Shown in pieces: positions 33,127 to 42,960 of a stretch of DNA of 64,000 nt; positions within the stretch are counted from its first letter, which is position 1, and each line of letters opens with the position of its first letter. The position numbers and the translations under genes were made by a program. The stretch is from an uncultured archaeon (GTDB lineage: Archaea > Thermoproteota > Bathyarchaeia > Bathyarchaeales > Bathycorpusculaceae), in contig CAWALK010000015.1 of assembly GCA_963782915.1 (NCBI GenBank), positions 64,001 through 128,000 of the forward strand, written 5' to 3'. The notes under the pieces were generated by a model. That model ran no database searches. It was not told the origin of the DNA and worked only from the letters and a program-made list of their open reading frames with translations.

Positions 33127-33828
33127 TTAGGTGTAGCCCGTGAAGTATTCCAGCTTCAGCTTTTCCTTTGGCAAACCCAAACTATCCATCATCGCCTGCA
33201 TCGCCTTAACCATCGGCGGCGGACCACAAGCAAAAAACAAATAGTCCTTGTAATCTGGCAATTCTTTTTGTATCATATCTGCGTTGATGGTGCCGACTGT
33301 GCCTTTCCAGTCGGGTGTAGCTTCGTTTACGGTGAAAGCGATTTTGAGGTTGCTGTTTTTCTGGGCTAATTCTTCAAATTCCCGCCTGAAAACGATGTCG
33401 TTGGGTGTTCGGCAACCATAAAACAGCACAATACGGTTGCCCAAGCCTTTGTCAGTGGCGTTTCTGCATATGCTCATAAACGGGGTGATGCCTATGCCGC
33501 CGCCCAACAATGCGATTTTGGGGTATTCACCTTCGAACGTGAATTGTCCATAGGGGCCATCGATTTTCGCCCAGTCGCCGGCCTTTGCTGCTTTGAGGGC
33601 TGCGGAGTATTCGCTGTCGCTTAATTTCTTGGTGAATTCTATGTGGTCTTTTTCGGTGGGGCTGCTGCTGAAGCTGAAGTGATGGCTGATTTCTTTGTCG
33701 TTCCATTTCAGGTTGACAAAGAAGAATTGTCCAGGTTTATACTCGAGTCCTTGGGGTCTTGGAAAACGATAGCTTACTATGTTAGGCGTTCTGGGAATTA
33801 CGCTTAGGAGTGCTGTTTCGTACTTCAT
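33127..33828 (-). CDS. FAD/NAD(P)-binding oxidoreductase (FNR-like)
   Basis: YKPGQF, FSFSSSP, GPYGQF, GGGIGITPF and ACGPPPM. Confidence 0.9.
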   Translation of the reverse strand: MKYETALLSVIPRTPNIVSYRFPRPQGLEYKPGQFFFVNLKWNDKEISHHFSFSSSPTEKDHIEFTKKLSDSEYSAALKAAKAGDWAKIDGPYGQFTFEGEYPKIALLGGGIGITPFMSICRNATDKGLGNRIVLFYGCRTPNDIVFRREFEELAQKNSNLKIAFTVNEATPDWKGTVGTINADMIQKELPDYKDYLFFACGPPPMVKAMQAMMDSLGLPKEKLKLEYFTGYT

Positions 33829-33975
33829 AAAAGCTGCAACCACTTCTAGATTGTGATTTTGGGGCTTTAGTACTTTTTGCTAACCCCCAAGCAAAAGAAG
33901 TGCTGGTTTGGGGTTACGTTGAAAAGTAATATATGGAAACAAACAGTAGAAGTAGCCACGAGAACAGAGCTGCAA

Positions 33976-34536
33976 ATGAACCCGAGGCCAAGCACATTAA
34001 ACCGCATTGCAAGTTATGTTAAAAACCACTGGGTATCTCTGGGTGTGCTCTTGGCAGCATATGGCGCCTTCTACCTCTTGGCGGTAATAAGCACTGGTTG
34101 GTCACCAATTGATTGGGGTAAAGATGTAGTTCAATGCGCACCCTCGGCGGTTTCTTCTGTGATTCCACGAAGCTATGTTAGCCCTATTTTCTTTGTTACA
34201 AGCTTGCCAGCCTTACTCATTGGTTCGGTAATGTTATGCGTTTACAGTTTGCATGCGTTGCGTTTTGGTTTGACAGGTGATAGTGAGCGTATAGCGGTTT
34301 TGTTGGTTGTGTTCGGTTTTGCTTATGTGGTGCTGGGTGCTTGGCCGCTTCAGACTGCCGCTAATTTTCCTTGGGAATGGCAAAAGCAAATCATGGGTTA
34401 TGGGCCAATTTTTACTTGGTTACTTTATGGCTTGAGTCTGGTGACGCTTGTTATTGGGGGCCTGTTGCTTTTTGTGCATAGCCGAGATTATAATAGGAGG
34501 CGTCCTGAGGGTTCTTTGGTTGAACTGACCGAATAA
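33976..34536 (+). CDS. Hypothetical membrane protein
   Basis: About four TM helices; start uncertain. Confidence 0.65.
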   Translation: MNPRPSTLNRIASYVKNHWVSLGVLLAAYGAFYLLAVISTGWSPIDWGKDVVQCAPSAVSSVIPRSYVSPIFFVTSLPALLIGSVMLCVYSLHALRFGLTGDSERIAVLLVVFGFAYVVLGAWPLQTAANFPWEWQKQIMGYGPIFTWLLYGLSLVTLVIGGLLLFVHSRDYNRRRPEGSLVELTE

Positions 34537-34726
34537 TTTCCTTGACTAATAGGCATGGGTTTGATGTTCCGCCGTCTTTTTGCATCATCGTCCAGTAAAT
34601 ACTTGTTAATGTGGCCATTCATCCAATTAGTTCGGGTTTAGGCTGGTTTTTTGTCAATTTTATATCGAAATGTGTGAAACACCTATATACTTGATTTTAA
34701 CGTAGTATTGGAAACGAGGGAGCTAT

Positions 34727-37474
34727 TTGACTAAAGTCTGGCATAGTGAAACACCTGAATCCGTATTGACAGAATTAAAAGTGACTACCAATGGATTAAC
34801 TAGCCAAGAAGCCAAAGAACGTCTAGTAACATACGGGCCAAACGAACTCAAAAAGGAAAAAGGCACCTCCCCATTCAAAATCCTCGCAGGACAATTCACC
34901 GATATACTCATGATTATCCTGCTCATAGCAACGGGCCTCTCGATTGCTGTAGGCGAATACACCGATGCCGCAATAATCCTAATCATCGTTTTTGCCAGCG
35001 CAGCTTTAGGTTTCACTCAAGAGTTCCGAAGCGAAAAAGCAGTTGAAGCCCTCAAAAAAATGACGGCGCCAACCGCCAGTGTTCTGCGGGATGGCAGAGA
35101 ATGCCGAATCCCCGCTGCTGAACTCGTACCCGGCGATATTGTGCTTCTATATGCCGGCGATAAAGTTCCAGCAGACGGTAGGCTAATTGAAGCTTTTACA
35201 ATGAAAAATGATGAGGCTCCCCTAACCGGTGAATCTAACCCTGTAAAGAAGTCCTCTCAAACCCTGCCGGAACAGACCCAGCTAAACGACCGCGACAACA
35301 TGGTCTATACTGGAACAGTCGTCGTTTATGGCAGAGGCAAAGCCGTAGTGACTAACACGGGCATGACTACTGAATTCGGTAAAATCGCCCAGATGGTACA
35401 ATCTGCACCAACCGAAAAGACACCCTTAGAAAAACGTTTAGCGGGTGTTGGAAAATGGCTGGGCATTATGTGCATTACCGTTGCAGCAAGCGTGGGCATC
35501 GTGGGCATAGTTATTGAAGGCCGCCCACCTGTAGAAATGCTTCTGTGGGCTGTCAGTTTAGCCGTTGCAGCCGTGCCTGAAGCATTGCCCGCAATAGTTA
35601 CAGGTGCCCTCGCCATCGGCATGTACCGCATGGCAAAAGGCAACGCCATCGTCAAACGCCTGCCAGCAGTGGAGACGCTTGGAAGCTGCAGCGTTATATG
35701 CAGCGACAAAACAGGCACCATGACTAAAGGTGAAATGACCGTTAGAAGCATCTACGTCAACGGCCAAACCATCAAAGTCACGGGAATCGGTTATGCGCCA
35801 GAAGGCGAATTCCAAGTTAACGACAAAAAAGTAACCCCTGACGAAAGCCTCAAAACTTTGCTCAAAGCCGCAGTACTATGTAACGATTCAGGCCTTGAAC
35901 AGGACAGCAAAACCAGCAAATGGATAGTCAAAGGCGACCCAACAGAAGGCGCATTAGTTGTTGCAGCTGAAAAAGCCGATATGCGCAAAGAAGAACTTGA
36001 CATAGCTGAACCTCGCATCTTCGAAGTGCCGTTCTCTTCTGAACGCAAACGCATGACTACAATTCACACTGTAGCTGGCAAGAAAATGGCTTACATGAAA
36101 GGCGCACCTGAAATGGTAATCGAACGCTGCAGCAAAATCATCATCGACGGCAAAGTACAACCATTCACCAAAGACAGCCAAACAAGCCACTTCAAAGTCA
36201 CCGAAACACTAGCACTGCAGGCGCTACGAAACCTCGCTTTCGCCTACAAGGAACTTCCCGACAGCAACGACGAATTTACTGAAGACATGGAGAAAGACTT
36301 TGTCTTCGTCGGCATCATGAGCATGCTTGACCCCCCACGCACTGAAGTAAAAGATGCCATTGAAGTATGCAAGAAAGCAGGCATACGCGTCGTCATGATC
36401 ACAGGTGACCACAAATTAACCGCCATCGCAGTCGGCAAAGAACTTAAACTCTTAGAGGAAAACCACATCGAAACCCAAGTGCTCACAGGACAAGAACTTG
36501 AAAAGATGACTGATGAACAACTAGCGGATGTAGTTGAGCATGTGGTAATTTACGCCCGAGTTGCTCCCGAACATAAAGTTCGCATTGTGAAAGCTTGGAA
36601 ACAAAAAGACCAAGTTGTCGCAATGACCGGCGACGGCGTTAACGATGCCCCAGCACTTAAAATGAGTGACATCGGCGTCGCCATGGGCATCAGCGGCACA
36701 GAAGTTTCCAAAGAAGCCGCAGACATGGTTCTAGCCGACGACAACTTTGCCAGCATAGTTAAAGCAGTTAAGGAAGGCCGTGAAATCTTTGAAAACATCA
36801 AGAAGTACCTGACATATCTGCTGCAATGTAACATCATGGAAATCTTGGTAATGTTCTTCGCAGTCGTTAGCGTGCCATATCTTGCAGCTTGGCTTTCACC
36901 GGGTTCAGACGTAACTGCAGTCAGTGAAGCAGCAATCGCTTTGACAGCTGTACAGTTGCTATGGATGAACTTAGTCACAGACGGCTTGCCAGCCATCGCA
37001 CTAGGCGTTGATCCAGGCGACCCTGACTTAATGGATCGTAAACCACGAAAACCAAACAAGAGCATCTTTAGCCGAGACGTCAAGACATACCTAACCGTAA
37101 TGCCAATAATCATGACAGCGATGCTGCTGATTGCTTTCTTCTCGCACCTACCTTGGACAAGCGAATTCCATCTGCTTGAAGCCAGAACACAACTGCTAAC
37201 CGCTATGATCGTAATGGAGCTAGTCATAGCCCTCAGTATGCGCTCGCTAAAGTATCCAGTATTCAAGGTTGGGATCTTTAAGAACAAGTGGCTTTGGGTT
37301 GCTATACTTGCCTCATTTGGGCTGCAACTAGTAATCCTATATGTCCCAGGGCTACAAGCACTCTTTGACGTGCACATGCCCGAACTAATCGATTGGGGCA
37401 TTGCAGCGCTGTATGGCGGTATAGTCTTTGCTATACTGGAAATTGGCAAATGGGCTACTTCACGAGGAAAATAG
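34727..37474 (+). CDS. P-type cation-transporting ATPase (type IIA, Ca2+-like)
   Basis: TGES, VPEALP, DKTGT, KGAPE, MTGDGVNDAPALK and QLLWMNLVTDGLP. Confidence 0.95.
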   Translation: MTKVWHSETPESVLTELKVTTNGLTSQEAKERLVTYGPNELKKEKGTSPFKILAGQFTDILMIILLIATGLSIAVGEYTDAAIILIIVFASAALGFTQEFRSEKAVEALKKMTAPTASVLRDGRECRIPAAELVPGDIVLLYAGDKVPADGRLIEAFTMKNDEAPLTGESNPVKKSSQTLPEQTQLNDRDNMVYTGTVVVYGRGKAVVTNTGMTTEFGKIAQMVQSAPTEKTPLEKRLAGVGKWLGIMCITVAASVGIVGIVIEGRPPVEMLLWAVSLAVAAVPEALPAIVTGALAIGMYRMAKGNAIVKRLPAVETLGSCSVICSDKTGTMTKGEMTVRSIYVNGQTIKVTGIGYAPEGEFQVNDKKVTPDESLKTLLKAAVLCNDSGLEQDSKTSKWIVKGDPTEGALVVAAEKADMRKEELDIAEPRIFEVPFSSERKRMTTIHTVAGKKMAYMKGAPEMVIERCSKIIIDGKVQPFTKDSQTSHFKVTETLALQALRNLAFAYKELPDSNDEFTEDMEKDFVFVGIMSMLDPPRTEVKDAIEVCKKAGIRVVMITGDHKLTAIAVGKELKLLEENHIETQVLTGQELEKMTDEQLADVVEHVVIYARVAPEHKVRIVKAWKQKDQVVAMTGDGVNDAPALKMSDIGVAMGISGTEVSKEAADMVLADDNFASIVKAVKEGREIFENIKKYLTYLLQCNIMEILVMFFAVVSVPYLAAWLSPGSDVTAVSEAAIALTAVQLLWMNLVTDGLPAIALGVDPGDPDLMDRKPRKPNKSIFSRDVKTYLTVMPIIMTAMLLIAFFSHLPWTSEFHLLEARTQLLTAMIVMELVIALSMRSLKYPVFKVGIFKNKWLWVAILASFGLQLVILYVPGLQALFDVHMPELIDWGIAALYGGIVFAILEIGKWATSRGK

Positions 37475-37617
37475 TCACTCTCCAAGTGAAACCCAACATT
37501 TTCTTTATTTTTCATTTTTTCGAAATTTAATCTAAATTTTGTATGGTCAGATAGCAAGCCTTATAATCAAAACCAGCTAAAAACAGGTCTAACCTCATAC
37601 GTGAGGGGCAATAAAAA

Positions 37618-38196
37618 ATGAGCGATAAATTGATAACTAAATTAGCAAATCCCGCACCTCTTGGACTCTTAGGCTTCGGCTTAACAACAGTGCTTCTAAA
37701 TCTACACAATGCTGGCTTATTCGAGCTTAACACAATGATTCTGGCCATGGGCATAGCTTACGGTGGCTTAGCACAAGTCATCGTTGGCATAATGGAATAC
37801 CGAAACGGAAACACCTTTGGCATGGTCGCCTTCAGCTCTTATGGCCTATTCTGGTGGTCTCTTGTAGCGTTACTCATTTTACCTGGCTTAACATCGTTTG
37901 CAGGACCCGACAACGCTGCCATGGCTGCATACTTCTTCATGTGGGGAATCTTCACATTAGCGATGTTCTTTGGCACTCTAAAAACTAACCGTGCACTGCA
38001 ATTTGTATTCATGAGCTTAGCGATACTGTTCTTTTTGCTTACAACACGTGAATTACTTGGAAACCCTCAATGGTTCAACACAATCTGTGGAATCGAAGGT
38101 GTCATCGTTGGCGCTAGCGCAGTATACCTTGGTATAGCAGAAGTCCTAAACGAAGCACACAAGAAAACAATTTTGCCGATTTGCCCAGTGAAATAA
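37618..38196 (+). CDS. satP: Acetate uptake transporter, SatP/GPR1/FUN34/YaaH family
   Basis: [12 protein letters not shown] and GNTFG...SYGLFW signatures. Confidence 0.9.
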   Translation: MSDKLITKLANPAPLGLLGFGLTTVLLNLHNAGLFELNTMILAMGIAYGGLAQVIVGIMEYRNGNTFGMVAFSSYGLFWWSLVALLILPGLTSFAGPDNAAMAAYFFMWGIFTLAMFFGTLKTNRALQFVFMSLAILFFLLTTRELLGNPQWFNTICGIEGVIVGASAVYLGIAEVLNEAHKKTILPICPVK

Positions 38197-38576
38197 ATTT
38201 TCCTTTTTTATTTTTTTTACGCTTCACGCTCGGTTTTTCACTTTTTTAATTCTTTATAATCATTTTTTTGGTTACCTGTAATTCTCTCGATATGTTAACA
38301 TTACTGATTGAAAAAAATACACTTTTGTCAAGCAATAATTGAATTTTTTCAGCTGCAATATTGTTATATGAGCAATATACAACCTAACAATTTTATTAGA
38401 TAAAATCTTGTAAGGTTTATTTTGAATACGGTGTTTTTGCTCCATCCAAATGTTCGCAGCATATTTGGTGAGTAACATAAAAAAACCGTATATCTGTTTT
38501 CAATTTCACATTAAGCGCTTAAAAAAACTTATATGCAGTAAGGGCTTAACCTTTCAGGCACATATAGGATGAGAAT

Positions 38577-40538
38577 ATGTCCGAAGCAAGTCTACCCTTC
38601 AATGAGAAATATTCTCCCGTCAGCGCAAAAGTTTCTTCTGGTCAAATCCGACAAGCTGAATGGGAGAATTCCATTAAGAACCCACGCGAGTTCTGGGCTG
38701 AAAAAGCCAAAGCAATTGATTGGTTCAAAGCGCCAACGCAAATACTAGATGATTCGAACCCGCCGTTTTTTAAGTGGTTTGCTGATGGAGAACTAAACAT
38801 CTCCTATAACGCGTTAGATAGGCACATTAAAGGCCCCAGAAAAAACAAGCTAGCCTACATTTGGGAAGGCGAAATGGGAGAAGTAAAAACTTACACTTAC
38901 TACCAGCTCTACCGTGAAGTCAACAAATTTGCAAAAGCACTAAAAGACCTAGGCGTCAAAAAAGGGGACCGCGTGGCAGTCTTCTTACCGGTTATCCCTG
39001 AATTGCCAATGGCATTGCTTGCAACCGCAAGAATCGGTGGAGTCCACACCGTAGTGTTCTCTGGATTTAGCGCAGAAGCTTTAGCTGACAGAGTTAACGA
39101 CTGTGGAGCAAAAATCCTCATAACCGCTGACGGCTCTTTCCGCAGGGGCAAACCAGTCGGAATCAAGGACAACGCAGACCGTGCAATCCCCTTAATGCCA
39201 AACATCGAAAAAGTCATCGTCGTCAAACGCACCGGTCAACCCGTTCAAATGAAAGAAGGACGAGACATCTGGTACAGCGACGCTTTGGCACAGGCAGGCG
39301 CAAACGCATACGTCGAACCGGAAAGCATGAAGTCAACTGACCCATTGTTCATTCTCTACACTTCAGGCACCACAGGCAAACCTAAAGGCGTTCAACATGG
39401 CACAGGCGGCTACCTCGTCTGGGCTTACTGGACACTTAAATGGGCATTTGACCCCAAAGACGAAGACATCTACTGGTGTGTTGCAGACATCGGCTGGATC
39501 ACAGGCCACACCTACAACGTCTATGCGCCACTTAGTCATGGCATAACAGCGTTCCTCTTCGAAGGCACACCAGACTACCCAGCACAAGACCGCTGGTGGC
39601 AAATGATCGAAAACCACGGCGTCACCATACTCTACGGCACACCAACCGCAGTCCGCATGTTCATGAAATTTGGTGAAGAATGGGTCAACAAACACGACCT
39701 GTCCACACTACGCGAACTCGGTTCAGTCGGCGAAGCCATAAACCCCGAAGCATGGAAATGGTACTACCGCGTAATCGGCAAAGAACGACTGCCAATAATC
39801 GACACTTGGTGGCAAACAGAAACAGGCGGATTCATGATTTCCCCAGCGACAGGCATAGAACTTACACCACTAAAACCAGGTTCAGCCACACTTGCCTTGC
39901 CAGGAGTTAACGCTGACATCGTCGACGAGAAAGGACAATCAGTGCCACAAGGAACCAAAGGGTACTTAGTGATAAGGTCGCCTTGGCCTGGAATGCTACA
40001 AACCATCTGGAAGGACCCCGACCGCTTTAAGCTAACATACTTCGGCAAATGGCCAGGAATCTATTATGTCGGCGACTACGCTATTCGGGACCCTGATGGG
40101 TACTTCTGGTTACTTGGCAGAGCAGATGAAGTTCTAAAAGTAGCGGGACACAGAATCGGCACCGTCGAACTCGAAAGCGCATTAGTCTCTCACCCAGCAG
40201 TCAGCGAAGCAGCAGTCATGGGTAAAGAAGACGCAGTTAAAGGCGAAGTCCCAGTAGCATTCGTTGTGCTTCGCAGCGGATTCACACCTTCAGACGAGCT
40301 TAGTGCGGAACTTATAAAACATGTCAGAACCACAATCGGTCCAATCGCAACACCAGACGCCGTTGTAATCGTTGCCAAACTACCGAAGACCCGAAGCGGC
40401 AAAATCATGCGCAGACTCCTCAAAGCAGTCCTAACTGGCGCACCACTAGGCGACACCAGCACAATCGAAGACGAAGGCTCAATCGAAGACATCAAAGCAA
40501 CCTACAACGAGTTACGCAAGCAACTTGCACCAAAATAA
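38577..40538 (+). CDS. acs: AMP-forming acetyl-CoA synthetase
   Basis: YTSGTTGKPKG, DTWWQTETG, GHRIGTVELES and PKTRSGKIMRR. Confidence 0.95.
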   Translation: MSEASLPFNEKYSPVSAKVSSGQIRQAEWENSIKNPREFWAEKAKAIDWFKAPTQILDDSNPPFFKWFADGELNISYNALDRHIKGPRKNKLAYIWEGEMGEVKTYTYYQLYREVNKFAKALKDLGVKKGDRVAVFLPVIPELPMALLATARIGGVHTVVFSGFSAEALADRVNDCGAKILITADGSFRRGKPVGIKDNADRAIPLMPNIEKVIVVKRTGQPVQMKEGRDIWYSDALAQAGANAYVEPESMKSTDPLFILYTSGTTGKPKGVQHGTGGYLVWAYWTLKWAFDPKDEDIYWCVADIGWITGHTYNVYAPLSHGITAFLFEGTPDYPAQDRWWQMIENHGVTILYGTPTAVRMFMKFGEEWVNKHDLSTLRELGSVGEAINPEAWKWYYRVIGKERLPIIDTWWQTETGGFMISPATGIELTPLKPGSATLALPGVNADIVDEKGQSVPQGTKGYLVIRSPWPGMLQTIWKDPDRFKLTYFGKWPGIYYVGDYAIRDPDGYFWLLGRADEVLKVAGHRIGTVELESALVSHPAVSEAAVMGKEDAVKGEVPVAFVVLRSGFTPSDELSAELIKHVRTTIGPIATPDAVVIVAKLPKTRSGKIMRRLLKAVLTGAPLGDTSTIEDEGSIEDIKATYNELRKQLAPK

Positions 40539-40558
40539 ACAAACAACTTTTTTCTTTT

Positions 40559-41506
40559 TTATTCCTTTTTTTCGAAAAGAATGTTGGGTGCAACTGTTAA
40601 ATCCCTATAGAGTGGGATAAATTCTTTTAAACGTTGTATTGAAATATTCGAGCCGATTATGGGCAATTGGTCTCCTGCTCGTCTGAGTAGAACTCGTGTA
40701 ACTAAATTTTCCCTAACTTTATGTTCATAAACGATGAATTTGATTTTGTAATGGTTGTCTTTTAGAATTTGAAGCAATTCCTCAAGTTTCTCCGGCCTAA
40801 GGCAAGTTGGTTGTGTGTGTAACTCAAGCAAAATCTTTGTTTTACCCTTGAGCGTTTGAGTCATGCCTTTAATTATTTCGTACTCAAAGCCTTCTACATC
40901 CATGCGGACAAGGTTTGGTGGCGCCTTGTCTTTCACAAACTCATCCACAGTCATCATGGCAACGTCTTGAACGCCTAAGACTACTCCACCGACAGCTTCC
41001 TTATTCATCGCACACAAGTTAGATTTATTAGAGACAAAAATTTCTGCATGCATGTTTCTGTCTCCGAAAGCAAATTGATAAGTAGAAACATTCGCTAAAT
41101 TGTTTAAACCCACGTTCTTCTCTAACATTTTATAGGTGTTGCGGACTGGTTCAACAGCGTAAACTTTTCCAGTCTGTCCTACAAGTTGCGATTCAACCAA
41201 TGCATAGTAGCCAATGTTTGCCCCGATATCTAAAACGACATCACCTTTTTTTATTACCCCAGAATTAATCAGGTATTCAGTGCAGATGGGCTCTCTTTTT
41301 CGGTAAAGGTACAAGTCAGTGTTGATGTCGCCTTTTTCGGGGAAGAGCATCATTTTTGATTTATTGACTTTGATAACCTTTGCTTCGGGCATATATTTTA
41401 GCCTATTAATGGTTTCTTTTACGGCTATTGCAAAAAGTTTTGCGGCTATTTGGTTTATTGTTTTGTTCTTTGATTGTTTTATAGTTCTATAGAACGGTAG
41501 CTTCAT
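40559..41506 (-). CDS. FkbM family methyltransferase
   Basis: LDIGANIGYY, VYAVEP and RMDVEGFE. Confidence 0.88.
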   Translation of the reverse strand: MKLPFYRTIKQSKNKTINQIAAKLFAIAVKETINRLKYMPEAKVIKVNKSKMMLFPEKGDINTDLYLYRKREPICTEYLINSGVIKKGDVVLDIGANIGYYALVESQLVGQTGKVYAVEPVRNTYKMLEKNVGLNNLANVSTYQFAFGDRNMHAEIFVSNKSNLCAMNKEAVGGVVLGVQDVAMMTVDEFVKDKAPPNLVRMDVEGFEYEIIKGMTQTLKGKTKILLELHTQPTCLRPEKLEELLQILKDNHYKIKFIVYEHKVRENLVTRVLLRRAGDQLPIIGSNISIQRLKEFIPLYRDLTVAPNILFEKKE

Positions 41507-41715
41507 TCTTATTTCCTACATCTTGCCCACTATTGCAAAGCAGAGGTTGACGCGAGCGCCAAACATCTTACAAGTCAAACCATAAAACGCCATTAAAAGA
41601 GGTATAACGTGCATGCTGCACTTACAAAAAATCTTGATATGACCTATTAATTTAATTAAATTTGGGAAAATCCTTTAAAACAAGGTATGGGGTTTTACGT
41701 GGAAAAGGGACCTGT

Positions 41716-42531
41716 TTGGAATTACCAAATGAGGAAAACGTACTCGTTAGTCTAGGACTAACTTCTATGCAAGCCAGAGTCTACTTATCACTAGCCCGTA
41801 ATGGATCCTCAAAAGTAACAGCTATTTCACGGACTTCTGGAATTCATAGAACTCACCTCTATGAGGTCCTGAAGTCTCTTACAGACAAAGGGTTCGTTGT
41901 CAAGCAACTTAGCAGTTCCGAATATAGCGCAGTACCCCTAAAAGATGCTGCACAATTTTTAGTCAGAGGAAAGCAACAAGAAGTTTTGAAACTTGAAAAT
42001 TCAGTTAACGAAATCGCTGAATCCTTACACGAAAAAAGTGACCTAACAAAAGAAATCAAACGTGAACTGTTTTTATCTTCTAATAAAACGTATAGTATTT
42101 CCAAAAGCCGAAAATACATTGATTCCGCCGCATCTCAAGTTGATCAAATGCATACTTGGAAACGATTTACTCAACTTTGGCAGCTCTTCGATGATCATCT
42201 CACGGGAACTATGAATAGAGGCGTAATGATACGCCAGATTGTAGAGATTCCCAAAGATATAGTTCAGGCTAAGAGGTTTCTAAGCGGAGCGGTTTTCGTT
42301 CATCCCCTGTTTGAGTTGAGGTTTGTTAATAAGACTGGCGGCAACTTGACGATTATTGATAACAAAGCGGTTTTTTTGAGTACCTCTCTGGAAAAGGAGA
42401 ATCTCGGGGAGACACCGCTTGTTTTTTCGAATTATGAGGGGTTGTTGGGTCTTATGCGGAACTATTTTGATTATAGTTGGATGTATGGTTACCGCTGGAA
42501 ATGTGGAGAACTTATTCCATTTAACCGATAG
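41716..42531 (+). CDS. TrmB family transcriptional regulator
   Basis: LGLTSMQARVYL and HRTHLYEVLKSLTDKG. Confidence 0.85.
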   Translation: MELPNEENVLVSLGLTSMQARVYLSLARNGSSKVTAISRTSGIHRTHLYEVLKSLTDKGFVVKQLSSSEYSAVPLKDAAQFLVRGKQQEVLKLENSVNEIAESLHEKSDLTKEIKRELFLSSNKTYSISKSRKYIDSAASQVDQMHTWKRFTQLWQLFDDHLTGTMNRGVMIRQIVEIPKDIVQAKRFLSGAVFVHPLFELRFVNKTGGNLTIIDNKAVFLSTSLEKENLGETPLVFSNYEGLLGLMRNYFDYSWMYGYRWKCGELIPFNR

Positions 42532-42609
42532 CAGAGTGAAAGGAAATTGTTTCCTGAGTGATTGGATTAGGATTTATTGATTTTTTCTTTAGTTGTTGTT
42601 GCCGAGAAG

Positions 42610-42945
42610 CCTCTATACACAACAACAACCAGCAGGCTTGGCTGGCGGCTGCTTTTTGGTTAACGCGTTTAAGGGCAGTTGCTGGCTGGTTGTGGAGACT
42701 TATGCAAGCAGATCAAAGAAAGGGCAGGGTCTTTTGCTCTTGGCGAATAGACCCCCCTCTATTTATAGGCTAAACAAGCGCAGAAGAAAAACAAGCACAT
42801 GCAGGCGTATGTTGATTCGCGGCGTTGGGGCTTAAGTGTTTGAGAGCTTGGCTGTAGGGTTACTAACGTTTGTGCCAAACGCCTAACCGCAAAGGTTAAA
42901 GCGGGAGTTTGTTGCTCCAAACGAATTCCCTCCCCTCTATATAGC
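42610..42945 (+). repeat. Intergenic repeat family, copy 3 (degenerate)
   Basis: caacaacaaccagcaggcttgg, cccccctctatttatagg and ccctcccctctatatag blocks shared with 18630-18838. Confidence 0.55.
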
Positions 42946-42960
42946 CGGCAGCAGAGCCTT

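Noticed and set aside
36550-37557. Long antisense ORFs (also 1405-2058 and similar)
   Set aside because: Shadows of well-supported genes caused by codon bias; no motifs
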